The notes under the pieces were generated by a model. It searched no databases and was not told the origin of the DNA. It saw only the letters and a list, made by a program, of their open reading frames with translations. Source: Octopus sinensis (Eukaryota). From it: 64,000 nt of DNA. Below, piece by piece: positions 39,651-53,070 of the stretch. Made by a program: the position numbers and the translations under genes. How positions within the stretch are numbered: the first letter of the stretch is position 1; each line of letters starts with the position of its first letter. The stretch lies in the NCBI RefSeq assembly GCF_006345805.1, contig NC_042998.1, positions 53,630,001 through 53,694,000 of the forward strand, read 5' to 3'.

Positions 39651-40309
39651 ATATATATATATATATATAATATATATATTATATATATGTATGTGTATAT
39701 ATATATCTATACACACACAGACACATGAACATTGGAGAACAGAGCTACAAGAAAATTTGAAACTGCATACATAGAAGCAAAGAAGAAAAAAAAAACTTTG
39801 TTTTTATCCTAAAGCTAAAATTCCATTGTTATAAGCAAATGAATCGATCAATTGTACAGGAACTTTATTCTATGACATGAACAGGTTACACTTTTAGATG
39901 AGAGTCCGATATATTTATGGGTGGTATAACTTGTAAGACAATGGTGCTTCTTGTGTCCTTGCCAAGCGTCAGCTAATGATGAAAGTCGATGCGATATAAA
40001 AGAAAACATTTCCCTCTTATACCGCCCCAGGTTGTTGACTTTCTAGATTGAATAAAACTATTTTATTTCTTTTATTTGTTTTTAATGTTTGTGTTTTATT
40101 TTCTTTCATCAATTCTTTTATCTTTTATAGCTTGTTGTTGTTGATTTTATGTATTTGTTTTGTTTTTTCTTTTGCTGTTGTTGCAAGATAGGAAATTTAA
40201 TTCCTAAATCATTTATTGAACTGAGTGTAGAAAGGAATAATAATATTCATATTCTCGTATTTTGGGTTTTCTCTTGCTTTATTCCATCCTTAGAATCTTG
40301 GAATATATA

Positions 40310-40366
40310 TACATATATGTTTGCTTATATGTACATGCATCTATATATATATATATATATATTATG

Positions 40367-40398
<32 letters not shown>

Positions 40399-40404
40399 AT
40401 ATAT

Positions 40405-40460
<56 letters not shown>

Positions 40461-40497
40461 ATAATATATATAATACATATATATATATATGTATATG

Positions 40498-40547
<50 letters not shown>

Positions 40548-40646
40548 CATATATATATACATATATATACATATATATGTATATATATACATATATATAT
40601 ACGTATATATATATATACATATATATATACGTATATATATCTATAC

Positions 40647-40677
<31 letters not shown>

Positions 40678-40705
40678 CACATATATATACACACACACAT
40701 ATATA
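40310..40705. repeat. Long (TA)n/(TACA)n microsatellite
   Basis: Visible; source of ORFs 40149..40706 and similar. Confidence 0.95.
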
Positions 40706-40807
40706 ATAGTATTGAGTAGTGAGAACAAGTACTCAACACTGCATATGGTGGATAGATATTCTTTATTTATGGATTAACAGTGTTACCAGTGGTTTTGTGT
40801 GGAAAAA

Positions 40808-41205
40808 TTTCACAGGCATGGCTTTGTGGTAAGAAGCGTGCTTCCCAACCACGCAGTTCCAGGTTCAGTCCTGCTGCATGGCACCTTGGGTAAGTGTCTT
40901 CTACAATAGCCTCTGGCTAACAAAAGCTTTGTGAGTAGATTTCATTGATGGAAACTGGTGTGTGTGCACATGTGTGTGTGCATGTGTGCATGTGTGCATT
41001 TTTGTGTTTGTCCTCCACCACCACTTGACAACCAGTGTTGGTATATTTACATCCCTATACCTTAGCAGGTCAGCAATTGAGACCAATAGAATAAGTACCA
41101 GGCTTAAAAAAGAAGGTCTGGAGTCAATTCATTCACCTAAGAATTCTTCAAGGCTGTGCCCCAGCAAGGCCACAGACTAATGCCTGAAACAAGAAAAAGA
41201 TAATT
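40808..41205 (+). mobile_element. Family A SINE
   Basis: Head, CORE-like segment and tail as at 2598. Confidence 0.85.
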
Positions 41206-42112
41206 CTTTAAGAATTTCAATTAAGGATATTGAAAATAGCATCCATTTTGAAAAAGACAACACAAGATTTCATAGAATTATATCAAACTTTAAAATCAAT
41301 AGATACACGGATTAGAGGTGACTCATTTAGAGATTTCTGTAAATGATATTTCTTTTGCATTGGCCTTAGACTTTTGGGAGTATTTGTCTCAAACACAAAT
41401 TAATTGCATAATACAGGTGTATTCAAACATACCCATATGTATAAATGCCTTCTTCAAAATCCAAAATCATCATGGTGGGAAGGTTAAATGAGCATGTCAG
41501 AGCTATACTGCTGAGGACTTCGAGTCCTTGGTAGGGCCACCCAAGGCAGATGGGTCTGACACCAGTAGTGCTAAGGCTGCAACCGGGCTAAATGGAGGGC
41601 AATGGTGAATTCCAGGTGGCGTTTGTTCCAGAATCCAGCAGCTTCTTGGTGGCAATCGATCACATTTTTGAGCATTCTGTGGTGAGAAGGTGTAACACAA
41701 TGATGACCTGCCACTGGTCATGTATGGTGGTTTACGAATACAGACATGAACTGTTTTTGCAGACTCTGGTCATCCCTTGAAACATCTATGAACCCACAAT
41801 GAAACAACTACCCGTGGCATGGTAAACCCAATAGAAACCAGCTTGATGCTGTTACTAGAAAGAAGAAGAATATATGTGTGTGTGTGTGTGTATACACGCA
41901 CACACATATATATATACCTCTGGATATCCTTGTTGCTTATTTTGATTATAATCACCCCATTTTGAATTATATGGATAATACCATAATAAATTCGGGTGCC
42001 TTTAACTTAAGTACCATATTCAACTGAATCTAAATTTTTACTGAACTTATATATATATATGAATGTATACTAATGTATACAACATGCAACATACACCGGC
42101 ATTTTGTGGATG

Positions 42113-42291
42113 TATGAGGGGATGCTGAAAAGTTCTTGGCTTTAGGTAAAAGAAAATACAGGAGAATCAGTTAATTATGATTTTATTCAACATATCTATC
42201 CCCCCTCTCAATTTCATACACTAAGTCCTGTAAAAGAACTCAGAAGGTTGGGCCACCAAGCAGGCAAAGAACTTTTCAGTACCCCCTCATA
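42113..42291. mobile_element. Mariner-derived MITE
   Basis: TIRs tatgaggggatgctgaaaagttct / agaacttttcagtaccccctcata, with TA at both ends. Confidence 0.85.
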
Positions 42292-42960
42292 CATGTGTGT
42301 GTGTGTCCTATTTATAGGATTTCTATAGCTTTTGAATGTATACTTGTCTATAAAATTGTTAAGTTCATAAAATATATTTTACAAATTGCTTGCTGTCTTG
42401 TATATATATGTTACACATATGCAATACATATCAATGCAGCTTAGCATTCCTCGATGAGTTCCTGGAAGTATATGTCTATTATATATTGTGCATATAATCA
42501 TTATCAACATTATATCATAAATTTAACTTGGTCAGATAGCTGGTTAGGGGGATGACGTGTCATGCTTGAAATTTTGTTTAAATTGTTGTTTGTGCAATCA
42601 AAGGGAGAATGTTTCTTCTGTAATGTTCAAAATGTTTGCTGATGAGGTAACGATATTTAATAGATCTAATATGGTATAGAGCCTATAAGAACAGAGAATA
42701 TACAACCTTCAAATAAACAGGAGCATCATAGCTGAGGCCAGTTAATATTAAGGATGAGGCAGCATATGCATCCTCGTATTACAGAGAAATTAAACATCAT
42801 AATATCAAAGCAGGCATTTTGAACATTAGTGAAGGAATATTCTCCTCTTGCATGCATAAATAACAAATTTAAACTAAGAAATTTCAGGTATCAAATAATA
42901 CATACAGCTATATATATAGCTGTATTATTTCATGCCCTATATATATATATATATATATAT

Positions 42961-43265
42961 ATCATCATCATCATTTAACGTCCGCTTTCCATGCTAGCAT
43001 GGGTTGGACGGTTCAACTGGGGTCTGAGGAGCCCGAAGGCTGCACCAGGCCAGTCAGATCTGGCAGTGTTTATATATATATATATATATATAACGTCCGC
43101 TTTCCATGCTAGCATGGGTTGGACGATTTGACTGAGGGCTGGCAAACCAGATGACTGCACCAGGCTCCAATCTTGATCTGGCAGAGTTTCTACAGCTGGA
43201 TGCCCAAAAACTCTGCCAGATCAAGATTGGGGCCTGGTGCAGCCATTTGGTTCGCCAGCCCAGTC
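42961..43265 (-). mobile_element. Cluster of RTE-type 3' ends: two direct pieces plus one inverted duplicate
   Basis: taacgtccgctttccatgctagcatgggttggacg occurs twice; 43130-43189 and 43208-43265 are inverted copies of each other. Confidence 0.88.
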
Positions 43266-44145
43266 CATCTGAATGTGTTATTTATAACAGTCATAATATT
43301 TTTCTTTTAAAAACTTAAGTTTTTATAATACTGAATGAGAGCAAAAGATGTCGTGAACATACAGTGATTGTTGTTTGATGTGGTGCAGGATAAGTTTGTT
43401 TGCGTTATTGATAATTTTCAGACCTAAGTTTTTACCAAATAAAGAAATCATTTCCGAGTGCTTGCCTTGACTTTTAAAAGTGCAATGTAGTTGACCAATC
43501 AAAGTGCTTAATGTAAATAACATTGGCAAATGTTTCATCTGTTTTTCAGTTTTTATAAGCTACTTTGCAGTCTGGCACATGCTTACTGTCAAGTTAGATA
43601 TATAACCAAAAGCTGGAGTAGTGAATTTTAGGCAGAGGGAACAAAATAATTTGTTTCTTTATGTTTTGTTCTGTTTTCACCCCAACATTTAGTCTAAAGA
43701 AAAGAGACTATCATACACAGTTAAATTTAAATTGTGATTAATTATGCAAGAAAAAAGCAAAATAAAAAATGTAAATAGAGCTGCCATAAGACATTTTGGT
43801 CCTCCACCAAAGTAAAGATGATTTGCCGTTTGCTCTATAAAGAAAAAACTTTAAAAGGACTAAAAAGTGATGAATACAATTTCGTTGTGGGGAGAGACTA
43901 AAATGGCAAAATCTTGAAAATAGACTAATTGAATAGACTGTGGATCAAAGAAGACAAGGACTGTCTGTTTCTACAAATACAACAATTTTGTAAGAAACGT
44001 GGGCAGCATGTGATAACAGTTTAGAAGATTTCACTAGTCATGCATCATAGTGTTATCGGTTCATGAAATGCAGAACCTAGTTATGAGAACTAAAACAAAA
44101 AATTGCTTAATGACAATGGTATATCAAGAGGGAAGCAACAGAGCA

Positions 44146-44358
44146 TGGCGAGCTGGCAGAAACGTTAGCAGGCCAGGTGAAATGCTCAGCGGTATTTCGT
44201 CTGCCATTACGTTTTGAGTTCAAATTCCTCCAAGGTCGACTTTGCCTTTCATCCTTTCGGGGTCGATAAATTAAGTACCAGTACACACTGGCGTCAATGT
44301 AATCGACTTAATCCCTTTATCTGTCCTTGCTTAGCCCCTTGTGGGCAATAAAGAAATA
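44146..44358 (+). mobile_element. Family B SINE
   Basis: Aligns with 30469. Confidence 0.9.
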
Positions 44359-44560
44359 AAAGGGAAGCAATAGGGATGGCACTTTTGGATTTCCTGTATA
44401 TGTCTGTATCAGGGGTGGAGTGACACAGTCAATGGTTACCACAGGCAGCACACACACTAGCTATGCTACTATTGATGCTTAATGTTAAATCATTTTTACA
44501 GTCACATAATTATTTACAATCAAATATTCTATTTGAATATACTGAGAGTGAAGTCTGTCT

Positions 44561-45377
44561 TTCTGGTTGGAACCCCTATGTTGCCTATTCTAGAATTACC
44601 TGGTTAAGAGTTCATATGGTTACAGGAACACTACAGAACACCATGTTATGGTATGTATGTTACAGTGGTGAGGTTGAGAACACAAAGGTGCATAAACCAT
44701 CCCCACATGTTGCCTATTCTAGAATTACCTCTGGTTGGAACCCCTATGTTGCCTATTCTAGAATTACCTGGTTAAGAGTTCATATGGTTACAGGAACACT
44801 ACAGAACACCATGTTATGGTATGTATGTTACAGTGGTGAGGTTGAGAACACAAAGGTGCATAAACCATCCCCACATGTTGCCTATTCTAGAATTACCTCT
44901 GGTTGGAACCCCTATGTTGCCTATTCTAGAATTACCTGGTTAAGAGTTCATATGGTTACAGGAACACTACAGAACACCATGTTATGGTATGTATGTTACA
45001 GTGGTGGGTTGAGAACACAAAGGTGCATAAACCATCCCCACATGTTGCCTATTCTAGAATTACCTCTGGTTGGAACCCCTATGTTGCCTATTCTAGAATT
45101 ACCTGGTTAAGAGTTCATATGGTTACAGGAACACTACAGAACACCATGTTATGGTATGTATGTTACAGTGGTGAGGTTGAGAACACAAAGGTGCATAACC
45201 ATCCCCACATGTTGCCTATTCTAGAATTACCTCTGGTTGGAACCCCTATGTTGCCTATTCTAGAATTACCTGGTTAAGAGTTCATATGGTTACAGGAACA
45301 CTACAGAACACCATGTTATGGTATGTATGTTACAGTGGTGAGGTTGAGAACACAAAGGTGCATAAACCATCCCCACA
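44561..45377. repeat. 168-bp tandem satellite, ~4.9 near-identical copies
   Basis: ctggttggaacccc at 44563, 44731, 44899, 45066 and 45233; each unit contains atgttgcctattctagaattacct twice. Confidence 0.97.
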
Positions 45378-45734
45378 AAAACCAAAACCAAAGTGCAGAT
45401 GACTGACTTCCCATTAGTTTTGAGGTGTTTGGATGATCCCCCTGGGACACATTCCCTAGCTTCTAATCATGGCCAAAAGTTGAAACAAAGTGAAAATTAT
45501 TTGAAATGAAGGTTCAGGAGAAAACGTTACATACTGTGACATCATAAGGATAATTTGAAACAAAACTTTTTGAATTAGATCAATGATTCTTAATTTTGTA
45601 CACAAACACGGAAACATGAGTACACACACATACACACATGTACACACATGCACATTTATGCGTACATACACCTGCATCTATATATATATTATATCTGCCT
45701 TTATATCAATATGTATATCTATCTTTTATCCTTA

Positions 45735-46117
45735 TGCGTTTCAGTCATTAAATTGTAACCATGCTGGTGTACCACCTTGAAGAATTCTTGTCGTCAAATG
45801 AATTAGCCCCAGTACTTCTTATAAGCCTGGTAGTTATTCTATCAATCTCTTTTGCCAAACTGCTAAGCTATGAGAACTAAACAGACCGACACCGATTGCC
45901 TAGAAATGTTGGGGGACAAACAGACACAAAGACATACACAGATATACATATATATGAATGGTTTATTTCAGTTTCCATCTACCAAATCCATTCTAAAGAC
46001 TTTGGTCAGCTCAAAGCTATAGTGGAGGACACTTGCCCAAAGTGGAATGCAGTGGGACCAAACTCAGAGCCATGTGGTTGGTAAGCAAGTTTCTTACCAC
46101 ATAATCACAACTGCACC
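45735..46117 (-). mobile_element. Family A SINE
   Basis: Reverse-complement tail, body and head. Confidence 0.82.
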
Positions 46118-46128
46118 TATATATATAA

Positions 46129-46167
<39 letters not shown>

Positions 46168-46268
46168 TGTTAGTATATATGATGCACACAAACACACACA
46201 CACACATGTATATACACATACCTACAACTATGTAACAATCTTTCTATCTTTTGCTTGCTCTATCCATC

Positions 46269-46305
<37 letters not shown>

Positions 46306-48156
46306 ATATCTATCTATCTATCTATCTATCTATGTATACCACTCACTAGGTTATATCTTTGTTTAGAAACTGAAAATCTTCCACAATATCTTTAGAATCT
46401 GACAGAAATGGTTGAGGGCAAACTGATTCATTAATTAATTGATTATTATGCATAAGCATCTAAAATGATTATAATTTTGAATGAATGTATGTAACTACAT
46501 CGACTTCGTGTTGTACTCTAACACACATACGAATGTGTGTGTATGTGTGTTTGCTTTATACATGCATTTACCTGAGAGTAATTTATTGTTTATGTGTGCA
46601 GTGGCAAAAACTTTCTCTTAATATATCTACGATTGTGTCAGAATCAATAACCCTTCTCTTCAGAGCCTGAAAATACTCTGGTCTTCAACAATTATTGATA
46701 GTCTACAAATATCAGCTGGGGCTTGCATTAAAATATTGCTCTCTCATTTTGAACTATGCTGCACACTCAGATATATGGGGGCTCATCCAGAAATTAACCA
46801 CTCGCCTGATTAGCTCCAGCCTCTGTCCAAGAAGCCAATTATCACTTTTCTGACTTTTTTTCAACTATCACTATAATGGCCTTTGCACACTGGAGCTGGC
46901 TGGGTTCATGCTGTCCCCACTCAAGTATTCATGTCAACCCGTTTCTCTTCTTCTTATCTCATTTGTTTTATTAAACACATCCAGATCTTCCCATAATCAC
47001 TACACCCAGTACTTTGTTCCAAGAATGCTGGTCTTCCATATTTCCCCCCTTGTTCATATATTTACCATAAGTGTTGGCTTATTCAATTGGAACTTTAATG
47101 GCCTCAATGTCACGGATGCCTAGGAGAGCCTGTAAAGGCCATGGGCACTGCCCTCTGTCCTGACCTAACAGATAAAGTAGTTTTCTCTCTGTTAGAGATG
47201 CTATACAATATCTCCCTCGTTGGTTCAACCAACATAAATGTTAACATAAAGCAAATATTTCTAAGAGATTGTGCTACGAAATAGTTGTCCATTTGTGGCT
47301 TAAACACAACCTCTAAGAAATATTAACCAATTCATCCTCAAATCATACACAATTTTCTACATGATGTACGAGAGACTTGATTGCTATGTAGAGCAGACCT
47401 ACGGATGATAGAGAGGTCTCCCTCTTTGACTCAGGCATAGAAACTGAGATAACTATCTGCTTGTATGCCCAGATAACAAATATGTTAAAATAAATTCAAA
47501 TATGAAATAGGAGCAGTGCTAGTGTAAGAGATAAGAGAGTTAAGATGTTTATAGTTTGAGGGAGATATGGCTGCTATTTCTAATATCTCAAGTTAGCACC
47601 CTGTTGATCTCTAGTCAGATCAATTGTATATGTAAACATAAAGAGGGTGAGATTGATTTGAAGGAATCTCCCCTCAGCTGGCTCATTCTTGAATATCACA
47701 AAGCCATGCCTGAGCAAGCAAAATGGAAAGAAACAGAATTTCATAAAAATTTTGGTGAAGTCCAGATAACAGCAAGTACCATTCCCATTTCATGGTTAAT
47801 TGGTGAACAGGAGAAAAGTGCATCAAGCTGTAAAAATTATTTGCTCTGATAAAAAGTAAATGTCTAAATTTGCAAAACCCATCTAACTTATGCAATTACG
47901 AAGACAAAAGCTATAAAGAAAACTGAAAATATATTTAAAAAATGTAAATGGCAAATATGTATATATTCTATGAATTAATTTTACAGAGTTTTTCTACTGA
48001 TATAAGTTAGATATACAAGGTAACTATGTAAAGAATTGATCTTTTGTTTAATGAAACAAAATATTGTGTTAATGAATTCAACCAGGCGTGAATTAATAAA
48101 GAGTTATTTTTTAAAAATATATGTGTGTGTGTGCGTATACACACACATATATATAA

Positions 48157-48187
<31 letters not shown>

Positions 48188-48190
48188 TGC

Positions 48191-48225
<35 letters not shown>

Positions 48226-48269
48226 TGCATATATATATATATATAATATATACACACACACACACATGC

Positions 48270-48302
<33 letters not shown>

Positions 48303-48332
48303 TGCATATATATATATATATATATATATATA

Positions 48333-50118
48333 CTAGCAGGTATACCTGGCGTTGCCCAGGTTAAAGAGAATAGGGAAATTTAAAAATGACATCTTGATTA
48401 CACAGGTCTCAGCTGCTAGTAGCTGAGATACCTACATTAATAACTCTCCAACCCATGCCAGCATGGAACGTAGAGGTTAGGTGAAATGTTAAAAGAAAGT
48501 TTTCAACTCATATATGAATATAAAATAAATACAGGTAATTCAAAAACTCGTTTTGTGTAGCTTATTTCATAACCAAAAAAACCAGGTACAGATTATAAAC
48601 AATAAAAGGCTGATTTTGGTGATTTATTTGATAGAGGTATAAGAGGGCCAATCCGATGATAAATCCGACCTTGGAACTTGAAAGTTTGCATGAATCCTGG
48701 CTCAGTTAAATCTTTTTTGACTCCAAATGGTGTCATTTGTGGTGCAGCATTGTATTGTCTAACTTTTTTGGGGTAGGTGCTTGGAATCTTGGTCAGTTGA
48801 TGACAACAATTTCTTCAATGGCTCTGGAGATTGGGGGATTTGCAGGAAGTTTAACCTCTCCACCACTGTAGCATAGTGCAGGTGTCTCTCCAGGCCACTA
48901 CCTGGCTTTACAATGTATGCACTCAGTTGTTATTGCACCAATGGAAACTCTAGTGTCATTTGCATAATGAACTGCTGGATCATAATTGAAAGCAAAGCAG
49001 CTTCAAAGAAGTTGCTTCTCTGAGCTGTTGCAACTGCTCGTCATTCTGCAGTGAAGATCCTATTCCTTGTCTGTGCATACCTCTGTTCATCACTTTGAGA
49101 TGCTCTAGCTTTTGTAATGCACAGTCTGTTCGTTTCTTAGCATGCTTCCCTTTCTGCAGCTGTCTCTCTTTCCCTGGACAGAAACATTCTTCTCATTGTA
49201 GACAAATCTGACTCTTTCTTTGTAGGCCTGGTTATATACATATACAGATATACATGGATGCAGAAGATAGTAAACAATGAAAATAACTGGGTAATGGAAA
49301 TTAAATTTCTTAATACAACGAACAGAAAATAAAGAATCATATGGGTTGAAACAATATTTGTCACTTAGTGAACCAAAGAGCTAGTATTGAAGGAACCTGA
49401 AAAAGCCGTTAACAACAGAAAAACACAAAACTGTTGCAAAAGTAAATAAGAAATTTTTAGGGAAATTTAACGAAGTGTACAGATTGAAGTGAAATTTATG
49501 AAGTTACTTTTGTCAGAAAATTATGTAGGAAATTACTTACATCAGTAATTGTGAACTTCTTTCTGTCAGTAATTTGTCATTGTTGTTTGTAAATAGCGAT
49601 TGAAAACTTACAGAGAAAACAATAGTGATTGAAACGAAAACGATAGTGTCTGAAAAACGAAAGTGAAAACAATAGAGAGTGAGTGAGATAAAGAGAGAAG
49701 GGAGAGAGAGAGAGATAGCTTGTTTGACAAATAAGATATAATAAAGATACAGAGAGATATATAGAGATAGAGATAGGGAGACATAGAGAGATAGAGATAA
49801 ACATGAAAAGTGAACATACGCACATCTCTATTTTATATATTAGATGAGATTGTGATAATTTTTTGATCAGCGTATGTAACGAAGACAATCAATTTCTGAA
49901 AGTTACTTCGCAAAGAGTTACCTTCCTTCTCCACGTAACCCAGGAATGAGTATTTTCTGCCCCAGGGGCCTGTTACTCACTATGTGAAAAATTTTAAGAG
50001 TCTATAACTGTTTCTGGAATATAAGTAATGTATGTTCCAAGTTTGGAGAAAATCAGTTGAAAAATACGGCCATTACAATCTCTTACACACACACACAGAA
50101 CAGGATTTATATTATAGA
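48333..50118 (-). mobile_element. Internally deleted Helitron with both termini
   Basis: Minus strand 5' A|TCTATAATATAAA at 50118; 3' hairpin cctgggcaacgccagg then CTAG|T at 48333. RepHel N-terminal remnants AFNYDP...CIHCKAR*WPGETPALCYSGGEVKLP and YNAAPQMTPFG...TFKFQGRIYHRIGPLIP at ~48615-49000. Confidence 0.9.
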
Positions 50119-50152
50119 TATATATAAGGAAATATAGTTATATATATTTATA

Positions 50153-50402
50153 TAGTGTCAGTTGTGGTGTGCAAGAGAGACGGCTGCGCTGGTATGGTCA
50201 TGTGACGAGAATGGCTGAAGATAGTTGTGTGCAAAAGTGTTACACCCTAGCAGTTGAGGGAACCTGTGGAAGAGGTAGACCCAGGAAAACCTGGGACGAG
50301 GTGGTGAAGCACGACCTTCGAACTTTAGGTCTCACCAAGGAAATGACTGAAGACCGAGTCCTATGGAAGTGTGCTGTGCATGAGAGGACCCGGCAGGACT
50401 AG
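50153..50402 (+). pseudogene. RTE LINE ORF2 C-terminus (5'-truncated)
   Basis: ERRLRWYGHVTRM...RGRPRKTWDEVVKHDL...DRVLWK is the typical RTE ORF2 end; stop at 50400-50402. Confidence 0.93.
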
Positions 50403-52560
50403 TCAGGCCATATCCCGTGGCCCCTACCTGGGACGTAGTCGATCCACCTGTGCATACCTTCCTTCTTGTGACACTTGTGAAGACCTGCTGAGGCAAGTGA
50501 AAATCAATCAAAATAGATGAACATCAATGGAATTTGTATCTTTGTGGTACCAGTGCCTGCGGCACACAAGAAAACCATCCGAACGTGGCCGTAGCCAGTA
50601 CCGCATCGACTGGCCTCCGTGCTGTGGGAACATGGTGGCACATAAAAACACCATCCGAAGACCCGGCAAGACTAGTCAGGTCATATCCCGTGGGCCCTAC
50701 CTGGGACGTAGTCAGTCCACCTGTACATACCTTCCTTCTTGTGACACTTGTGAAGACCTGCTGAGGCAAGGGAAAATCAAAATCAAATCAAAACAAATCA
50801 AATAGATGAACATCAATGGAATTGTATCTTGTGGTACCAGTGCCGGTGGCACACAAGAATCCATCCGAACGTGGCCGTAGTCAGTACCGCTTGTGGTACC
50901 AGTGCCGGTGGCACACAAGAATCCATCCGAACGTGGCCGTAGTCAGTACCGCTTGTGGTACCAGTGCCGGTGGCACACAAGAATCCATCCGAACGTGGCC
51001 GTAGTCAGTACCGCATCACTCGCCATCGTGCTGTGGGCACATAACAAACACCATCCGGTCGTGGCCGTTCGCCAGCCTCATCTAGCACCTGTGTCGGTGG
51101 CACATAAAAAGTAGTCAGTACCGCTTGTGGTACCAGTGCCGGTGGCACACAAGAATCCATCCGAACATGGCCGTAGTCAGTACCGCATCACTGGCCATCG
51201 TGCTGTGGGCACATAACAAACACCATCCGGTCGTGGCCGTTCGCCAGCTCATCTAGCACCTGTGTCGGTGGCACATAAAAACACCTTCCGAAGACCCGGC
51301 AAGACTAGTCAGGCCATAAACCATGGCCCCTACCTGGGACGTAGTCAGTCCACTGTGCATACCTTCCTCCTTGTGATACTTGTGAAGGCCTGTTGAGGCA
51401 AGTGAAAATCAAAATCAAAATCAAATCAAAACAAATCAAATAGATGAACATCAATGGAATTTGTATCTTTGTGGTACCAGTGCCGGTGGCACACAAGAGA
51501 AAACCATCCGAAAGTGGCCGTAGCCAGTACCGCATCGACTGGCCTCCGTGCTGTGGGCACATGACAAACACCATCCGATCGTGGCCGTTCGCCAGCCTCA
51601 TCTAGCACCTGTGTCGGTGGCACATAAAAACACCATCCGAAGACCCGGCAAGACTAGTCAGGCCATAACCCATGGCCCCTACCTGGGACGTAGTCAGTCC
51701 ACCTGTGCATACCTTCCTTCTTGTGACACTTGTGAAGACCTGTTGAGGCAAGTGAAAATCAAAATCAAAACAAATCAAATAGATGAACATCAATGGAATT
51801 TGTATCTTTGTGGTACCAGTGCCGGTGGCACACAAGAGAAAACCATCCGAAAGTGGCCGTAGCCAGTACCGCATCGACTGGCCTCCGTGCTGTGGGCACA
51901 TGACAAACACCATCGATCGTGGCCGTTCGCCAGCCTCATCTAGCACCTGTGTCGGTGGCACATAAAAACACCATCCGAAGACCCGGCAAGACTAGTCAGG
52001 CCATAACCCATGGCCCCTACCTGGGACGTAGTCAGTCCACCTGTGCATACCTTCCTTCTTGTGTGACACTTGTGAAGACCTGTTGAGGCAAGTGAAAATC
52101 AAATCAAAACAAATCAAATAGATGAACATCAATGGAATCTGTATCTTTGTGGTACCAGTGCCGGTGGCACGTGGCACATAGAAAACCATCCGAACGTGGC
52201 CGTAGCCAGTACCGCATCGACTGGCCTCCGTGCTGTGGGCACGTAACAAGCACCATCCGATCGTGGCCGTTTGCCAGCCTCATCTGGCACCTGTGTCGGT
52301 GGCACATAAAAACACCATCCGAGCGTGGCCGTCTGCCAGCCTCGTCTGGCACCTGTGTCGGTGGCACATAAAAACACCATCCGAGCGTGGCCGTCTGCCA
52401 GCCTCGTCTGGCACCTGTGTCGGTGACACATAAAAAAAAACACCATCCGAGCGTGGCCGTCTGCCAGCCTCGTCTGGCACCTGTGTCGGTGGCACATAAA
52501 AACACCATCCGAGCGTGGCCGTTTGCCAGCCTCGTCTGGCACTTGTGTCGGTGGCACATA
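50403..52560 (+). repeat. Hierarchical tandem array within the RTE 3' UTR
   Basis: gaagacccggcaagactagtcagg recurs at 50657, 51290, 51639 and 51977; nested ~64-bp (50826-51010) and ~61-bp (52255-52560) subrepeats. Confidence 0.92.
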
Positions 52561-52736
52561 AAATCACCCACTACACTCTCGGAGTGGTTGGCGTTAGGAA
52601 GGGCATCCAGCTGTAGAAACACTGCCAGATCTGACTGGACTGGTGCAGCTTTCGGGCTCCCCAGACCCCAGTTGAACCGTCCAACCCATGCTAGCATGGA
52701 AAGCGGACGTTAAATGATGATGATGATGATGATGAT
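52561..52736 (+). mobile_element. RTE-type 3' terminus with (GAT)n tail
   Basis: ggttggcgttaggaagggcatccagc...gcggacgttaaatgatgatgatg. Confidence 0.88.
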
Positions 52737-52796
52737 ATTTATATATATATAATACAATTCGATATGTGTGTGTATATATATATATGTGTGTGTGTA

Positions 52797-53070
52797 AAGG
52801 CACATGGCTCAGGATTGGAGTGTCAGGTTCACAATCATGAGGTAGTGAGCTGAATTTCTGGATTGGGGTGTGTTTTGTGTTCTTGAGCAATATGCTTTAT
52901 TTCATGTTGTTCCAGTTCATTCAGCTGTAGAAATGAGTTGCAATGTCACTGGTGCCAAGCTGCATCAGCCCTTGCATTTCCTTTGAAAAACAATGGTGGT
53001 ATAGAGAAGGGAGGCTGGTATGCATGGCCAACTGCTGGACTTCCATAAACAATCTTGCCCGGACTTGTGC
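52797..53070 (+). mobile_element. Family C SINE, 3'-truncated
   Basis: Reverse complement of 7776-8101. Confidence 0.85.

Noticed and set aside
41490-41620. Possible HDV-like ribozyme at an RTE-like 5' end
   Set aside because: Local hairpins are present (ccttgg/ccaagg, caga/tctg) but I could not build P1, P1.1, P2 and P3 consistently. An Infernal or RNArobo scan would decide.
44463-45110. 215-aa ORF as a repeat protein; possible micro-exons in the unit
   Set aside because: The frame is open only because the unit is 168 bp, and it is broken in later copies. The minus-strand 31-nt AG..GT segment has stops in all frames; the plus-strand 25-nt segment has a weak acceptor.
47540-47860. ORF 47556..47849
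   Set aside because: Lies among repeat-like sequence and has no recognisable domain; possibly a decayed TE but not assignable.
50470-52110. ctg(c/t)tgaggcaagtgaaa in the RTE array as a hammerhead core
   Set aside because: A6 is substituted, no stem II can form, and there is no stem I or III complementarity.
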